NCBI GenBank assembly: GCA_033791425.1
Contig: JASJGQ010000261.1
Span: 3,068 to 67,067 of the forward strand
Reading direction: 5' to 3'
DNA: 64,000 bases
From: Acidobacteriota bacterium
GTDB taxonomy: Bacteria > Acidobacteriota > Thermoanaerobaculia > Thermoanaerobaculales > Sulfomarinibacteraceae
Below the pieces are notes generated by a model. It saw only the letters and a program-made list of their open reading frames with translations, was not told where the DNA came from and did no database searches. Numbering within the stretch: the stretch's first letter is position 1; each line of letters begins with the position of its first letter. The position numbers and the translations under genes are program-made. Below, one piece after another: positions 1-8,778 of the stretch.

Positions 1-1
1 C

Positions 2-250
2 TACGACCAGGCCATCCAGTGGTATCAGAACGCCGGCAACAACAGCATGGTTGCCCAAATGCGAACAAAGAAGGACAGCGCGACCCAGAATGCAACCGCC
101 GACAAGGAGTGTGCCGATTTCAAACGCAAGATTGACGCTTTGAGGTTGCAGGTTACTGAACTCGAGAAGCTCGGTGACGCTGACAACGCGAAGCTGCTCC
201 AGGAGCAGTTGCCGACCCTTGAAAAGGACTATTTAGATCGTTGTCGTTGA
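2..250 (+). CDS. C-terminal fragment of a protein that starts upstream of the window (helical tail, family not recognised)
   Basis: The reading frame is open from the window edge (YDQAIQWYQNAGNNS... runs into the 47..250 ORF). The stop is followed 24 nt later by a strong intrinsic terminator. Confidence 0.45.
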   Translation, partial: YDQAIQWYQNAGNNSMVAQMRTKKDSATQNATADKECADFKRKIDALRLQVTELEKLGDADNAKLLQEQLPTLEKDYLDRCR

Positions 251-273
251 TACGGAAACAGCGCACAATTTCG

Positions 274-301
274 GGCGGCTCTTTCGAGAGCCGCCTTTTT
301 T
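274..301 (+). terminator. Rho-independent terminator
   Basis: A 9-bp GC-rich stem (GGCGGCTCT / AGAGCCGCC) closes a TTCG tetraloop and is followed by TTTTTT. It lies between the convergent upstream gene and ftsX. Confidence 0.75.
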
Positions 302-1163
302 ATTCGTCGAACTCTTCGGAGGCATGCCGTCCGAGGGTGAACGCTGCGGCAGCCACCGGAAGTATGACGGCGGCCGCCAATTGAATCGACACCATCCACG
401 GCGTCACGACCACCTCCGGCAGACCGAGGACCGTGACCATCTGCGACAGTCCCTGCGCCGCAACCAGGGAGCCGAACACCGCAATGACCCCCGCCGCCAC
501 TCCACTGACCCCAACCGCTACCACAAACGGCCCGCGGATGGTCCCCTCGGTTGCACCGACGAGCCTCATGATGGTGAGTTCGTCGGCATGTCGATACAAC
601 TCGAGATGGATCCACACGACCGCAAGAAGCACCGCAGCGGCGAGGAGGACCGCGCTGAGGGCCACGACCACCCATGACAATCGACGCGCCACCTCGCCGA
701 GGAGTTGTTGGATGGACGACTGGGGACCGACCGCAAGGACTTCCGGTTGGTCGTTCAGAGCCTTCAGTGAATCGGGGTCTGCGGTCGCGACTTCGATCAG
801 CGGCGGCATTGATGCGTCACCCGTGCCAACCAGATCCTCAAGGTAGGGAAACCATTGTCGCAGACGTTGCACCAGCTCCTCAGGTGAGACCTCGGTAATG
901 GTCCATTCGGGGTGCACTGTCGATTGCGCCGTCACCCACCGCTGCCGCATTTCGCGATCCAGGTGGGGATGCAGCAACACCGCGACGGAGCTCTCCCGCG
1001 CCGACAGCTCTGCCACCGGGCCGAGCCATCGGTTGACGGCCATGCCCACCCCCGCAAGTGCAATCGGCACCGCCAGCGCGAGCGCCAGGACCGTGCTGAC
1101 ACCCGCCCGTTGGCGCAACAGCAGCAACCCTTCATTCAGCGCATGCTGGATCATGGCGGCCAC
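300..1163 (-). CDS. ftsX: Cell division ABC transporter permease FtsX
   Basis: It has one N-terminal TM segment, a large extracytoplasmic loop and three C-terminal TM segments. It overlaps the ftsE stop by 13 nt, the classic ftsEX arrangement. Confidence 0.85.
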   Translation of the reverse strand: MAAMIQHALNEGLLLLRQRAGVSTVLALALAVPIALAGVGMAVNRWLGPVAELSARESSVAVLLHPHLDREMRQRWVTAQSTVHPEWTITEVSPEELVQRLRQWFPYLEDLVGTGDASMPPLIEVATADPDSLKALNDQPEVLAVGPQSSIQQLLGEVARRLSWVVVALSAVLLAAAVLLAVVWIHLELYRHADELTIMRLVGATEGTIRGPFVVAVGVSGVAAGVIAVFGSLVAAQGLSQMVTVLGLPEVVVTPWMVSIQLAAAVILPVAAAAFTLGRHASEEFDE

Positions 1164-1876
1164 ATTCCGTCGTAGTGGATCCTTCCCTGATGGAGAACCA
1201 ATGCGCGGGCCGGTATCGACTCGAGTATGGCGTGGTCATGCGTCGCCACCAGGACCGTCGCACCCTGGTAATTGATGTCACACAGGAGACTCAGGAGCTC
1301 GGACGCGAGGTCGGCATCGAGGTTGCCCGTCGGTTCGTCGGCAAGGATCAGGCGGGGTTGATATGCCAGTGCCCGGGCGATGGCGACCCGCTGTTGTTCG
1401 CCACCCGAAAGGGCGTCCGGGAGAGCGGACTGTCGGTGTTGGAGACCCAGCCGTTTGAGAACCTGCTGAGCTCTACGATTGGACTCGCGCGGCGCCACAC
1501 CGTGAATCCGCAGCACGAACGTGATGTTCTCGAGGACTGTTTTTCTCCGCAGCAGCTTGAAATCCTGAAAAATCACGCCAACCTTGCGCCGTAAGAGGGG
1601 CAGGCGTCTTCGATGGAGCTGGTCGACCCGCCGCCCCGCGACCCAGACCTCGCCCTCGGTAGGTCGTTCGGCGGCGTACAACAATCGCAGGAGGGTCGTT
1701 TTTCCGGCGCCGGAGGGTCCGGTGAGAAAGATGAATTCACCGGCTTCGACCTGGAGATCGAGCGATCGGAGAATGAACCGACCCTCGAAATCCTTGGAAA
1801 CACCGCGCAGTCGGATCACGAGCCGCTTCGCGCTCCCTGTGATTGAGCGAAAGTTCTCAAGGCCCTCCCGGAGCAA
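1151..1876 (-). CDS. ftsE: Cell division ATP-binding protein FtsE
   Basis: Walker A GPSGAGKTT, ABC signature LSGGEQQRVAIARAL and Walker B LILADEPTGNLD are present. The true start may be the internal GTG near 1819. Confidence 0.9.
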   Translation of the reverse strand: MLREGLENFRSITGSAKRLVIRLRGVSKDFEGRFILRSLDLQVEAGEFIFLTGPSGAGKTTLLRLLYAAERPTEGEVWVAGRRVDQLHRRRLPLLRRKVGVIFQDFKLLRRKTVLENITFVLRIHGVAPRESNRRAQQVLKRLGLQHRQSALPDALSGGEQQRVAIARALAYQPRLILADEPTGNLDADLASELLSLLCDINYQGATVLVATHDHAILESIPARALVLHQGRIHYDGMWPP

Positions 1877-1898
1877 CGGATTGTATCATTGGGTGCGA

Positions 1899-2690
1899 AT
1901 GATGGAGGGGAACATCAACACCACGTTTTCGGAGATCGAGATTGCGGGAGAGCGGGCACTCAGTCGCACGACTGGTGGGGTGCGGATGGCCTTCGGTCTC
2001 GGCCCGGCAACCGCCGGCGAGAGTTCGGAGTTGAGGAGCCTCGAGATTCTCAAGGCTCTTCACCCTGAAATTCAAGGGCTGCGCTGGGGACGCCAGGTCC
2101 ACGGCAGCGAGGTCGCAGTGGTTGCCAACGAAGCAGGAGTCGGGGTGACCGGATCGGTCTGCATCGGGAGTTGTGACGCTTTTGTCACCGCGGAAGCGGG
2201 CGTCGGTCTGATGGTATGGACCGCCGACTGCGTGCCCATCCTGCTCGGGGGACCAGGTGTGGTGGCGGCGATCCACTCCGGCTGGCGTGGTACCGCAGCC
2301 GATATCGTCGGTGTGGTCCTTCGTCGACTCGAAAGGGATTGCGGCGTCAGCCCCGACCAGCTGTGGGCTGCGCTGGGCCCGGCGATCTCCGGCACGCACT
2401 ACGAGGTCGGTCCGGAGGTGATCGCCGCGCTGGAGACCCTGGGCCTCGAGAGCGATGAATGGCGACGGCGCGACAGGGTCGACCTAAGGCTGTTCCTCGC
2501 GAGCCGTCTCCGCCAACTGGGCGTGGATGGAGGCTCAATAGGCTTCATCGGACCGTGCACGTACTCAAGTCCCCATCTCGCCTCCTACCGCCGCGACGGC
2601 AACGAGGCCGGCCGCCAATTCTCGCTCATCTATCGCAGGGACGGAGATGTTGAAGCGGCAGGAGATGGCGCGCGTTGCCCGCGCAGCTGA
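1899..2690 (+). CDS. pgeF: YfiH/PgeF family (DUF152) purine nucleoside phosphorylase / peptidoglycan editing factor
   Basis: Family-typical motifs are present: TADCVPILL, HSGWRGT, and PCTYSSPHLASYRRDG...GRQFSLI. I trimmed the start to ATG 1899 because the upstream part of ORF 1584.. is antisense to ftsE. Confidence 0.8.
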   Translation: MMEGNINTTFSEIEIAGERALSRTTGGVRMAFGLGPATAGESSELRSLEILKALHPEIQGLRWGRQVHGSEVAVVANEAGVGVTGSVCIGSCDAFVTAEAGVGLMVWTADCVPILLGGPGVVAAIHSGWRGTAADIVGVVLRRLERDCGVSPDQLWAALGPAISGTHYEVGPEVIAALETLGLESDEWRRRDRVDLRLFLASRLRQLGVDGGSIGFIGPCTYSSPHLASYRRDGNEAGRQFSLIYRRDGDVEAAGDGARCPRS

Positions 2691-3694
2691 CCGCAAGCGG
2701 CCGCGACGTCAGCTCCACGCGACCAGCGGACGGTCACCGTAGCCCCTGAATCCCGGAGCCGCATGGCAAAACGGTTGATCGTGTCGTCGTCCGGTCGCCG
2801 CAGATCGGGAAAATGCTGAGGGTCCTCGTTGAGGGGGATCACGTTGATTTTGCACGGTATGCCGTGGATCAGACCGGCGACGGCGGCGGCATCCGCCTCG
2901 GCGTCGTTGAAACCCTCAATCAACACGTATTCGAAGGTGATGCGTCGTCCGCGTTCGAGAGGAAAAGGACGCAAGGTCGCAAACAGATCGTCGAGAGGAT
3001 AGCGCCGTGCGATCGGCATCAAGGTTTCGCGACGCCCCTGGTCCGGAGCATTGAGGGAGACGGCGAGCTTCGGACGTTTTGTGAGCCCCGCGAGCCAACG
3101 AATCCCGGGCAGGATGCCGGCGGTGGAAACGGTGATCCGCTTTGGGCTCACCCGTTCGTACAAGACCTCCAGCGCGAGACCGAGGTTGTCGACGTTGAGA
3201 AGCGGTTCACCCATGCCCATAAATACGATATTGACCCGCTCGACCGAAGAGTCGAGCTCGCGCAACATCAGCCGATACTGACCAACGATCTCGTGGGGTT
3301 GCAGGTTGCGGCCTGCCCCCATCGCGCCGGTGACGCAAAAGGTACAGCCCACCGCGCAGCCGGCCTGACTCGAGAGGCAAAAAGTCGCCTTTGTGCCCTC
3401 ACGCATCGACACGCATTCAACCGCCACGCCGTCCGCAAATTGCAGGAGGTATTTGGAGGAACCGTCCGAGCTCACGACCCGCTCGATCACGGTCGGCTCG
3501 TCGATGGTGAACAACCGTTCGAGTTCGGCGCGAAGCTCTTTTGAGAGATCCGTCATCTCGAGAATGGTCGAGGCGTTGCGTTCAACGACCCACCGCGCGA
3601 CCTGGCGACCGCGAAAAGGGCGGTCGGCGTGCGGAGCTATCAAAACCGCTATATCGGCCGTAGTCCGGCCTACGAGGTTGATCCGGTCAGCCAT
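2630..3694 (-). CDS. rlmN: 23S rRNA/tRNA (adenine-C2)-methyltransferase RlmN (radical SAM)
   Basis: It carries the radical SAM motif CAVGCTFCVTG, plus MGMGEPLLN and a C-terminal AACGQL, with full-length RlmN-like organisation. Confidence 0.9.
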   Translation of the reverse strand: MADRINLVGRTTADIAVLIAPHADRPFRGRQVARWVVERNASTILEMTDLSKELRAELERLFTIDEPTVIERVVSSDGSSKYLLQFADGVAVECVSMREGTKATFCLSSQAGCAVGCTFCVTGAMGAGRNLQPHEIVGQYRLMLRELDSSVERVNIVFMGMGEPLLNVDNLGLALEVLYERVSPKRITVSTAGILPGIRWLAGLTKRPKLAVSLNAPDQGRRETLMPIARRYPLDDLFATLRPFPLERGRRITFEYVLIEGFNDAEADAAAVAGLIHGIPCKINVIPLNEDPQHFPDLRRPDDDTINRFAMRLRDSGATVTVRWSRGADVAAACGQLRGQRAPSPAASTSPSLR

Positions 3695-3704
3695 CGATCA
3701 ATTA

Positions 3705-4067
3705 TCACGAATCGCCGTCAGGGTCGCGCTCTGCACGCGCACGCTGTGTCATGGCACCGTTTGAGCGGTGGCGGCCCGCAGCGATACCCAGCGATGACAG
3801 CAACGACGCATCATCGACGCCGATACGGTAGTTGGGGCTTTCGCGGTCGGTGTCGACGTGCAAACGCATCGTACCGGTCTCGGCGTCCACGATTCCGTTT
3901 TCGTCGCAGGCGAGGGAGGTCTCAACCAACATCACGGCCTTCCAGCCGTCGTCGTGGAGGTCCGAAAGACACGCGCGAACCTCTTCGGATCGCACCACCG
4001 AACCATGGATGGCCTTGCCGAGCTGCCGCAGCAGCTGGTGGAGCCTTTGTGTCCTCGAGTCCTCCAT
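3705..4067 (-). CDS. Hypothetical protein (120 aa)
   Basis: The amino-acid composition is balanced, unlike the overlapping Arg/Pro-rich shadow ORFs. It lies 10 nt upstream of rlmN on the same strand. No family recognised. Confidence 0.5.
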   Translation of the reverse strand: MEDSRTQRLHQLLRQLGKAIHGSVVRSEEVRACLSDLHDDGWKAVMLVETSLACDENGIVDAETGTMRLHVDTDRESPNYRIGVDDASLLSSLGIAAGRHRSNGAMTQRARAERDPDGDS

Positions 4068-4157
4068 CGATCCTCCGTTCTCTCCATAACCGACGCTCCG
4101 CGTCGTGTCTTCCCATCGTACCTTATTGCAGGTGCCGGGGACCTTTGATAGCGTGAC

Positions 4158-5090
4158 GTGTCGATGGAGATTTTCGAACTTCCCGAGCCCTGGGTGACCG
4201 AGGAACCTCTGGCTGGCGATGCGTCAACCAGAACGTATTCCAGGTTGAAGGACCCAAAGGGCAGCTCCGCGATCCTGGTGCGCTACCCCAGAGAGGTCGC
4301 GTGGCAGATCGAACGCGATCTCGAGACGCGCTCGTGGTGTGAACGCAACGGTGTTCGGGTCCCCACGTTGGTTGATTATCGCCCCGATTCAGATTGGGCG
4401 GTGGTTGAGGATCTTGGTTCGCATGATGCAGCCCAGACTCTCGAAAGGGCGGCATCCGACGAACGGTTGCACATGGTCTTGCGGCTAGCCGAACCGATTG
4501 CCGCGTTCGCCCGAGTCGACACCGCGGCGCTTCCGCTGTGGAATCAACCCCTCGAGAGCGCCCGATTGCGGTGGGAGCTCGCTGGATTTGAACTTTGGTT
4601 CCTCCGCCACCGATGCAAGGCGCGCCCGTCCGAGGCTGTGAGCACATGGTTGGACGGTCTGGCGGCAGACATCGGCTGCCATCCCAAGAGGGTTTGCCAC
4701 CGTGACTTCCACATCAACAACCTGTTTTTTCTTGAGAGCGGGGACGTCGGTGTTATCGATTTCCAGGATATCCTCGTCGGACCCGACACCTACGACATCG
4801 TTTCCCTGCTTCATGAACGTTCGCTTCCCGGTTTCCTCGACGAGCCCGGGCGAACCAGAGTTTTGGAGCACTGGGCACGCACGACGGCGGCGGACGATGG
4901 ATGGATAGACCGTGCTCGGCAGGTGCGGCTTCAGAGAGCGCTCAAGGTCCTCGGGACCTTTGCGCGCTTCGAGGCAGCCGGTTCAACGACCTATGTCGCG
5001 TGGACGCGTGCCCTGTCCAGGGAGGTGATGTCCGCTCTTGAGGCTGCGGGCGCGCCTCCCGACTTGACCGCCCTTCTGCTAGACTGTTGA
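4158..5090 (+). CDS. Phosphotransferase (APH / AmgK-like kinase) family protein
   Basis: The catalytic loop [11 protein letters not shown] and the metal-binding GVIDFQD are typical of the aminoglycoside-phosphotransferase / anomeric sugar kinase fold. Confidence 0.7.
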   Translation: MSMEIFELPEPWVTEEPLAGDASTRTYSRLKDPKGSSAILVRYPREVAWQIERDLETRSWCERNGVRVPTLVDYRPDSDWAVVEDLGSHDAAQTLERAASDERLHMVLRLAEPIAAFARVDTAALPLWNQPLESARLRWELAGFELWFLRHRCKARPSEAVSTWLDGLAADIGCHPKRVCHRDFHINNLFFLESGDVGVIDFQDILVGPDTYDIVSLLHERSLPGFLDEPGRTRVLEHWARTTAADDGWIDRARQVRLQRALKVLGTFARFEAAGSTTYVAWTRALSREVMSALEAAGAPPDLTALLLDC

Positions 5091-5145
5091 CCGCACGGCG
5101 TGTCGGAGGAAGGTTTTCCGTGCCGTGCGGGTCTGGGAGGTGCAT

Positions 5146-5340
5146 ATGTTCGGAAGTCTCGGTCTTCCTGAGCTGTTGATTCTGCTTGCGATCGTGATTC
5201 TGATTTTTGGCGTCAACAAGCTGCCTCGGCTCGGCAAGGGACTCGGTGAGGGCATTCGCAATTTCAAGGACTCAGTGCGTCCCGAGAAAAGTGACTCTCA
5301 GACAGACGAGGACACGAAGACCGAGAACGGCGGGGCCTGA
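5146..5340 (+). CDS. tatA: Twin-arginine translocase subunit TatA/E
   Basis: [41 protein letters not shown] is a TM segment followed by an amphipathic helix. An SD (GGGAGG) lies 5 nt upstream of ATG 5146. Confidence 0.85.
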   Translation: MFGSLGLPELLILLAIVILIFGVNKLPRLGKGLGEGIRNFKDSVRPEKSDSQTDEDTKTENGGA

Positions 5341-5451
5341 AGAGAAATCCCGCTCTTCGCGGATTCTGAATTGTCAGCAGATCCCGGGCCGGGAACATTG
5401 ACGCCCAAACCACTGTTGGTTTCACAATGGAGCTCAAACGGAGGAACCGCT

Positions 5452-5754
5452 GTGGAACCGAATCCGCGTACCGCCAGAATTCATGAAACCATCGAGCGTG
5501 GGCTTGCCGCCACCCACGTCGAGGTCATCGACCACAGTGCCGAACACGCGGGGCACCCGGGTGCAGCGAACGGCGGCGGACATTTCCAGGTCGTCGTGGT
5601 CTCCAAGCAATTTGATGGCCTCTCTCGAGTCGCCGCACAACGCCTCGTCTACGAGGCCCTTGGCGATTTGATGACCGCCGACATCCACGCCCTGTCCATG
5701 CTCACCATGACCCCGGAGCAATGGCGCGCGCGATCCGATCAGGGCTCGCGGTAA
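5452..5754 (+). CDS. BolA family protein
   Basis: BolA-like motifs are present: HVEVIDHSAEHAGH...GGGHFQVVVVSKQFDGLSRVAAQRLVYEAL. I chose GTG 5452, which has GGAGGA 6 nt upstream and gives a family-typical length of about 100 aa. Confidence 0.75.
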   Translation: MEPNPRTARIHETIERGLAATHVEVIDHSAEHAGHPGAANGGGHFQVVVVSKQFDGLSRVAAQRLVYEALGDLMTADIHALSMLTMTPEQWRARSDQGSR

Positions 5755-5776
5755 CCAGGATCTTCGGCGCAGCGGT

Positions 5777-6973
5777 TCAGGTCGCGACCGTCGCCACCCG
5801 TGCCCGTCCTCGTTCCCGGCCATAGGCCGCGATATCGGCCACCGCTTCAATGGCGCGCTCGATCTCGGCATCGGTTGTGAACACCCCCGGAGAGAAACGG
5901 ACGGTCCCATTGTCGTCGAATGTCCCGATCCCCTCGTGGACCTGAGGCGCACAGTGAAGCCCGGTTCGGGTGATCACGTTGTGCTCGACATCAAGGAAGG
6001 TCCCCGCCTGATCCGCGGGCAGGCCGTCGATGTTGAAAACAAAGACCGGGAGGTGGTCGCGATCCAGGTCTGCGCAGTACAAGGTGAGGCCGTCTATGTC
6101 GGCGAGACCGTCGCGAAGCCGTCTGGCATGGCGCATTTCATGCTCGTAGATCGCCCCCACCCCACCGCGAGCGGTGATCCACTCCTGGGCCGCCAGAAGT
6201 CCCGCCACCCCCATCAGATTCACCGTCCCGAACTCCATCCGCCACGGATAGGCCTCGGGTTGGCTCTTGAGGGCGCTCATGACGCCCGTTCCTCCCGCCC
6301 GACAGGGCTGGATGTCCACGTGTTCCGCGATGTACATCCCGCCGGTTCCCGAGGGTCCAAAGAGCGATTTGTGGCCTGTAAAACAGACCACATCGATCAT
6401 CATGGACCCGACATCGATCGGCACCAGTCCTGACGTCTGAGCGGCGTCGACCGCAAAAAGAACACCCCGGTCCCGGCAGATACGTCCGATTTCAGCAACC
6501 GGCTGGATCGTCCCGATGACATTGGAACCGTGGTTGACCACCACCAACTTGGTGTTGGGCCTGATTCGCCGGGCGATGTCGTCCGGATCGACGTAGCCGG
6601 CGCTGTCGAAGGGCACGAAATCGACGTCCACACCGTCATCTGCATGGCGGTACATCGGCCGAAGCACCGAGTTGTGCTCGAGACAGGTGGTGATGGCATG
6701 GTCGCCCGGCTTGAGCACGCTTGATATCACGAGATTGAGCGCGTCCGTCACGTTGTACGAGAAAACCAGACGATTGAGGTCCGTTCCACCATAAAAGCGC
6801 GTCAGGGCCTCGCGGGCCCCGGTCAGCGTCTCTTCAGCCTCGAGAGCCAGGTCGAACCCGGTTCGCCCCGGGTTGACGCCACGGGTCGAGTAGAAGTCAC
6901 AGGCGGCCTGGATGACCTCCGGGGGCTTCGGAAAGGTGGTGGCGGCGTTGTCGAGATACACGAATTCGGACAT
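5777..6973 (-). CDS. Class V aminotransferase-fold PLP enzyme (cysteine desulfurase family)
   Basis: The N-terminus YLDNAATTFPKP, the PLP-lysine region FTGHKSLFGPSGTGGMY and the length (398 aa) fit the NifS/CsdA-like family. Confidence 0.85.
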   Translation of the reverse strand: MSEFVYLDNAATTFPKPPEVIQAACDFYSTRGVNPGRTGFDLALEAEETLTGAREALTRFYGGTDLNRLVFSYNVTDALNLVISSVLKPGDHAITTCLEHNSVLRPMYRHADDGVDVDFVPFDSAGYVDPDDIARRIRPNTKLVVVNHGSNVIGTIQPVAEIGRICRDRGVLFAVDAAQTSGLVPIDVGSMMIDVVCFTGHKSLFGPSGTGGMYIAEHVDIQPCRAGGTGVMSALKSQPEAYPWRMEFGTVNLMGVAGLLAAQEWITARGGVGAIYEHEMRHARRLRDGLADIDGLTLYCADLDRDHLPVFVFNIDGLPADQAGTFLDVEHNVITRTGLHCAPQVHEGIGTFDDNGTVRFSPGVFTTDAEIERAIEAVADIAAYGRERGRARVATVAT

Positions 6974-6981
6974 ATCTCACC

Positions 6982-7674
6982 TCACTCCAGGGGTAAGTCG
7001 ATACGGTCGTCGATCAGGGCCCGCATGATGCGGTCTCGCGAAGAATGAATCTGTTGGCGGAGGCAGTCTGCAGCCTCCTCCGCCTTCTCCGGTTGCAACA
7101 GTTGCACCAGCTCTTCATGCTCGGTCCGCATCTCGGTAGCGAAATCCCCGAGATCGAGCCCGAGAAAAAAGTAGCGCTGCATCGTACTCAAAAGGTCGCG
7201 CAGGACAGCGACCAGGCGGTCGTTTCGCGACAGAGCCGCGAGCTGGATGTGAAAATCGAAGTTGCGATCGAGGAAGTCGGCGTACGAGGCCCAATCGTGG
7301 TAGGTGTATTCGGTCGCCGCGAGCGTTGTCAAACGTTCGCGCTCGTCGGGGGTCGCACGGCGTGCAGCAAGTTCGATGGCGTGGGTTTCGAGTACATCGC
7401 GGAGATCAAAGGAGTCGCCGATTTCTTTCAACGAAATCTGATTGACGAAGTATCCCTTATAGGGCAGAGAGGTGAGAAGCCCTTCCTGTTGCAGCCTGCT
7501 GCAGGCCTCTCGAACCGGGACCCGGCTCGAACCATAGAGTCCGGCGAGCTCCGTTTCGGTGAGGGAGGCACCGGGCCGGTGGCGCAACATGATGATGTCG
7601 CGCTTGAGGCCGCGATAGACGTCCTCCGCCACCGTCCGCCGTTCCACCACAGAGCCTAGAGCTTCATCCCGCAT
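6982..7674 (-). CDS. GntR family transcriptional regulator (FadR/FCD-type C-terminal domain)
   Basis: It has a winged-helix region (LTETELAGLYGSSRVPVREACSRLQQEGLL) and a helical C-terminal domain. I trimmed the start to ATG 7674 because the first 12 codons of the ORF are a promoter/operator. Confidence 0.8.
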   Translation of the reverse strand: MRDEALGSVVERRTVAEDVYRGLKRDIIMLRHRPGASLTETELAGLYGSSRVPVREACSRLQQEGLLTSLPYKGYFVNQISLKEIGDSFDLRDVLETHAIELAARRATPDERERLTTLAATEYTYHDWASYADFLDRNFDFHIQLAALSRNDRLVAVLRDLLSTMQRYFFLGLDLGDFATEMRTEHEELVQLLQPEKAEEAADCLRQQIHSSRDRIMRALIDDRIDLPLE

Positions 7675-7681
7675 CGGAAGG

Positions 7682-7710
7682 ATCGTATACAAATTGTATA
7701 CAATCGTCAA
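7682..7710 (-). promoter_or_regulatory. Putative sigma70-type promoter of the GntR gene (TTGACG-N17-TACGAT), with the -10 element ending 7 nt before the ATG
   Basis: Read on the minus strand: TTGACG (7710..7705), a 17-nt spacer, TACGAT (7687..7682), then 7 nt to ATG 7674. No SD is present. Confidence 0.5.
7685..7701. promoter_or_regulatory. Perfect 8-1-8 palindrome GTATACAA-A-TTGTATAC, a candidate GntR-family operator
   Basis: The inverted repeat is exact, lies in the promoter spacer of the GntR gene, and has a GT...AC core of the type common in GntR-family operators. Confidence 0.55.
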
Positions 7711-7756
7711 GACCGACGATGCGCGCTTTCGGCTCTGGTCGCCTTCGCGTTATGAC

Positions 7757-7942
7757 CTACGCTGCGTCGGTTCCCGAGGCGGGCGAGGTCAGCACCCGAC
7801 GAATCATGTAGGCGATGGCCGCCAAACCCGCGACCAGCAACGCAACGAATACCGCGAAGTGGGAAACGATCACGTGGGGAATCGCCACCAAGGCCATGAG
7901 CAGGCCACCACCCATCGCGAGATCCCAGACCGGATAATCCAT
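7757..7942 (-). CDS. Small membrane protein (about 61 aa, two hydrophobic helices)
   Basis: MDYPVWDLAMGGGLLMALVAIPHVIVSHFAVFVALLVAGLAAIAYMI. An SD-like GAAGGAA precedes ATG 7942. No family recognised. Confidence 0.4.
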   Translation of the reverse strand: MDYPVWDLAMGGGLLMALVAIPHVIVSHFAVFVALLVAGLAAIAYMIRRVLTSPASGTDAA

Positions 7943-8186
7943 GAATTCCTTCTTGATTGCCGTCCAGCCGGCACCGCTTCGACGTTCAACCCACACGGGG
8001 ATGACGAGCCCCGGGGGGGACTGCGCGACGAGGTATCATCCGTAACGACATCTCGCAAATCACTGATCCTAAAGGAGGTATGGTTGCTCAACTGTCAAAT
8101 CCTGTGGGCTCTTGAACCGAACAGACGCCATGCTGAAAACCTTGAGCGCCGCTGGATCACAGGCCGAAAATCACCGATCACCGCTC

Positions 8187-8215
8187 TTGACACGACGTCT
8201 CGCGAAGGCTACCTT
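8187..8215 (+). promoter_or_regulatory. Putative fur promoter (TTGACA-N17-TACCTT)
   Basis: A consensus -35 hexamer sits at the canonical spacing from a -10-like hexamer, about 37 nt upstream of the fur ATG. Confidence 0.5.
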
Positions 8216-8222
8216 AGTTTGA

Positions 8223-8241
8223 GACAATGATAATGAGACTG
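8223..8241. promoter_or_regulatory. Fur-box-like operator
   Basis: GACAATGATAATGAGACTG contains a 9/9 match (AATGATAAT) to the core of the classical GATAATGATAATCATTATC box, about 13/19 overall. It lies between the -10 element and the fur start. Confidence 0.45.
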
Positions 8242-8251
8242 GATTAAAGCT

Positions 8252-8719
8252 ATGAGTAGCAAATTGGCACAAAGAGCCCAGAAATTGTTTATCCAATACC
8301 TGCGGGAAAACAACCTCAAGGTCACACAGGAGCGGCTGGCGCTGCTAGATGAGATCTTCGCCACCGACGAGCACCTTGACGCTGACGATTTGCTCGCGAG
8401 AATGAAGACCAAGCAGCGCAAAGTGTCGCGCGCCACCGTCTATCGGACTCTCGATCTGCTCGTCCAGTGCGGGTTGGTCCGCAAGAGCCGGCTCGGCCGC
8501 GAACACTATTTCTACGAGAAGATGGAACCGGGCGGCGGCCACCACCACATGGTGTGCACCGCGACCGGAAAAATCATCGAGTTCTGGGACGCCGATCTCG
8601 ATGAGCGCCTGCGTCGTTTGTGCCAGGAGCACAAGTTCCGCCCGACCTTTATTTCGATTCAGATCCAGGGTCTGAGCGAAGAAGGACAGAAGGTCGAACA
8701 GGACACAACCTTTTTCTGA
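8252..8719 (+). CDS. fur: Ferric uptake regulator family protein
   Basis: The DNA-binding region ATVYRTLDLLVQCGLV and the metal-site region HHHMVCTATGKIIEF are present. The length is 155 aa. Confidence 0.9.
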   Translation: MSSKLAQRAQKLFIQYLRENNLKVTQERLALLDEIFATDEHLDADDLLARMKTKQRKVSRATVYRTLDLLVQCGLVRKSRLGREHYFYEKMEPGGGHHHMVCTATGKIIEFWDADLDERLRRLCQEHKFRPTFISIQIQGLSEEGQKVEQDTTFF

Positions 8720-8743
8720 TCCAGTCATGACTCGACCACCCGG

Positions 8744-8770
8744 AAACCCGCTCACTTGAGCGGGTTTTTT
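8744..8770. terminator. Intrinsic terminator shared by the convergent fur and tyrS genes
   Basis: A 10-bp stem (AAACCCGCTC / GAGCGGGTTT) with a 4-nt loop carries a T-run on the plus strand and a short U-run on the minus strand. Confidence 0.75.
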
Positions 8771-8778
8771 GGGTGCTT

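Noticed and set aside
7757-7996. The small membrane protein as a truncated fragment or pseudogene of a larger respiratory oxidase subunit, based on a vague resemblance of its N-terminus.
   Set aside because: The resemblance is from memory only and I could not align any diagnostic motif. No downstream remnants of a larger gene are visible.
8252-8719. The locally lower GC content of fur (and of the Hfq-like gene at 23907..24245) as a sign of horizontal acquisition.
   Set aside because: There are no flanking mobility genes, tRNA-associated junctions or direct repeats. Both are small, conserved nucleic-acid-binding proteins rich in Lys, Asn and Ile codons, which explains the composition.
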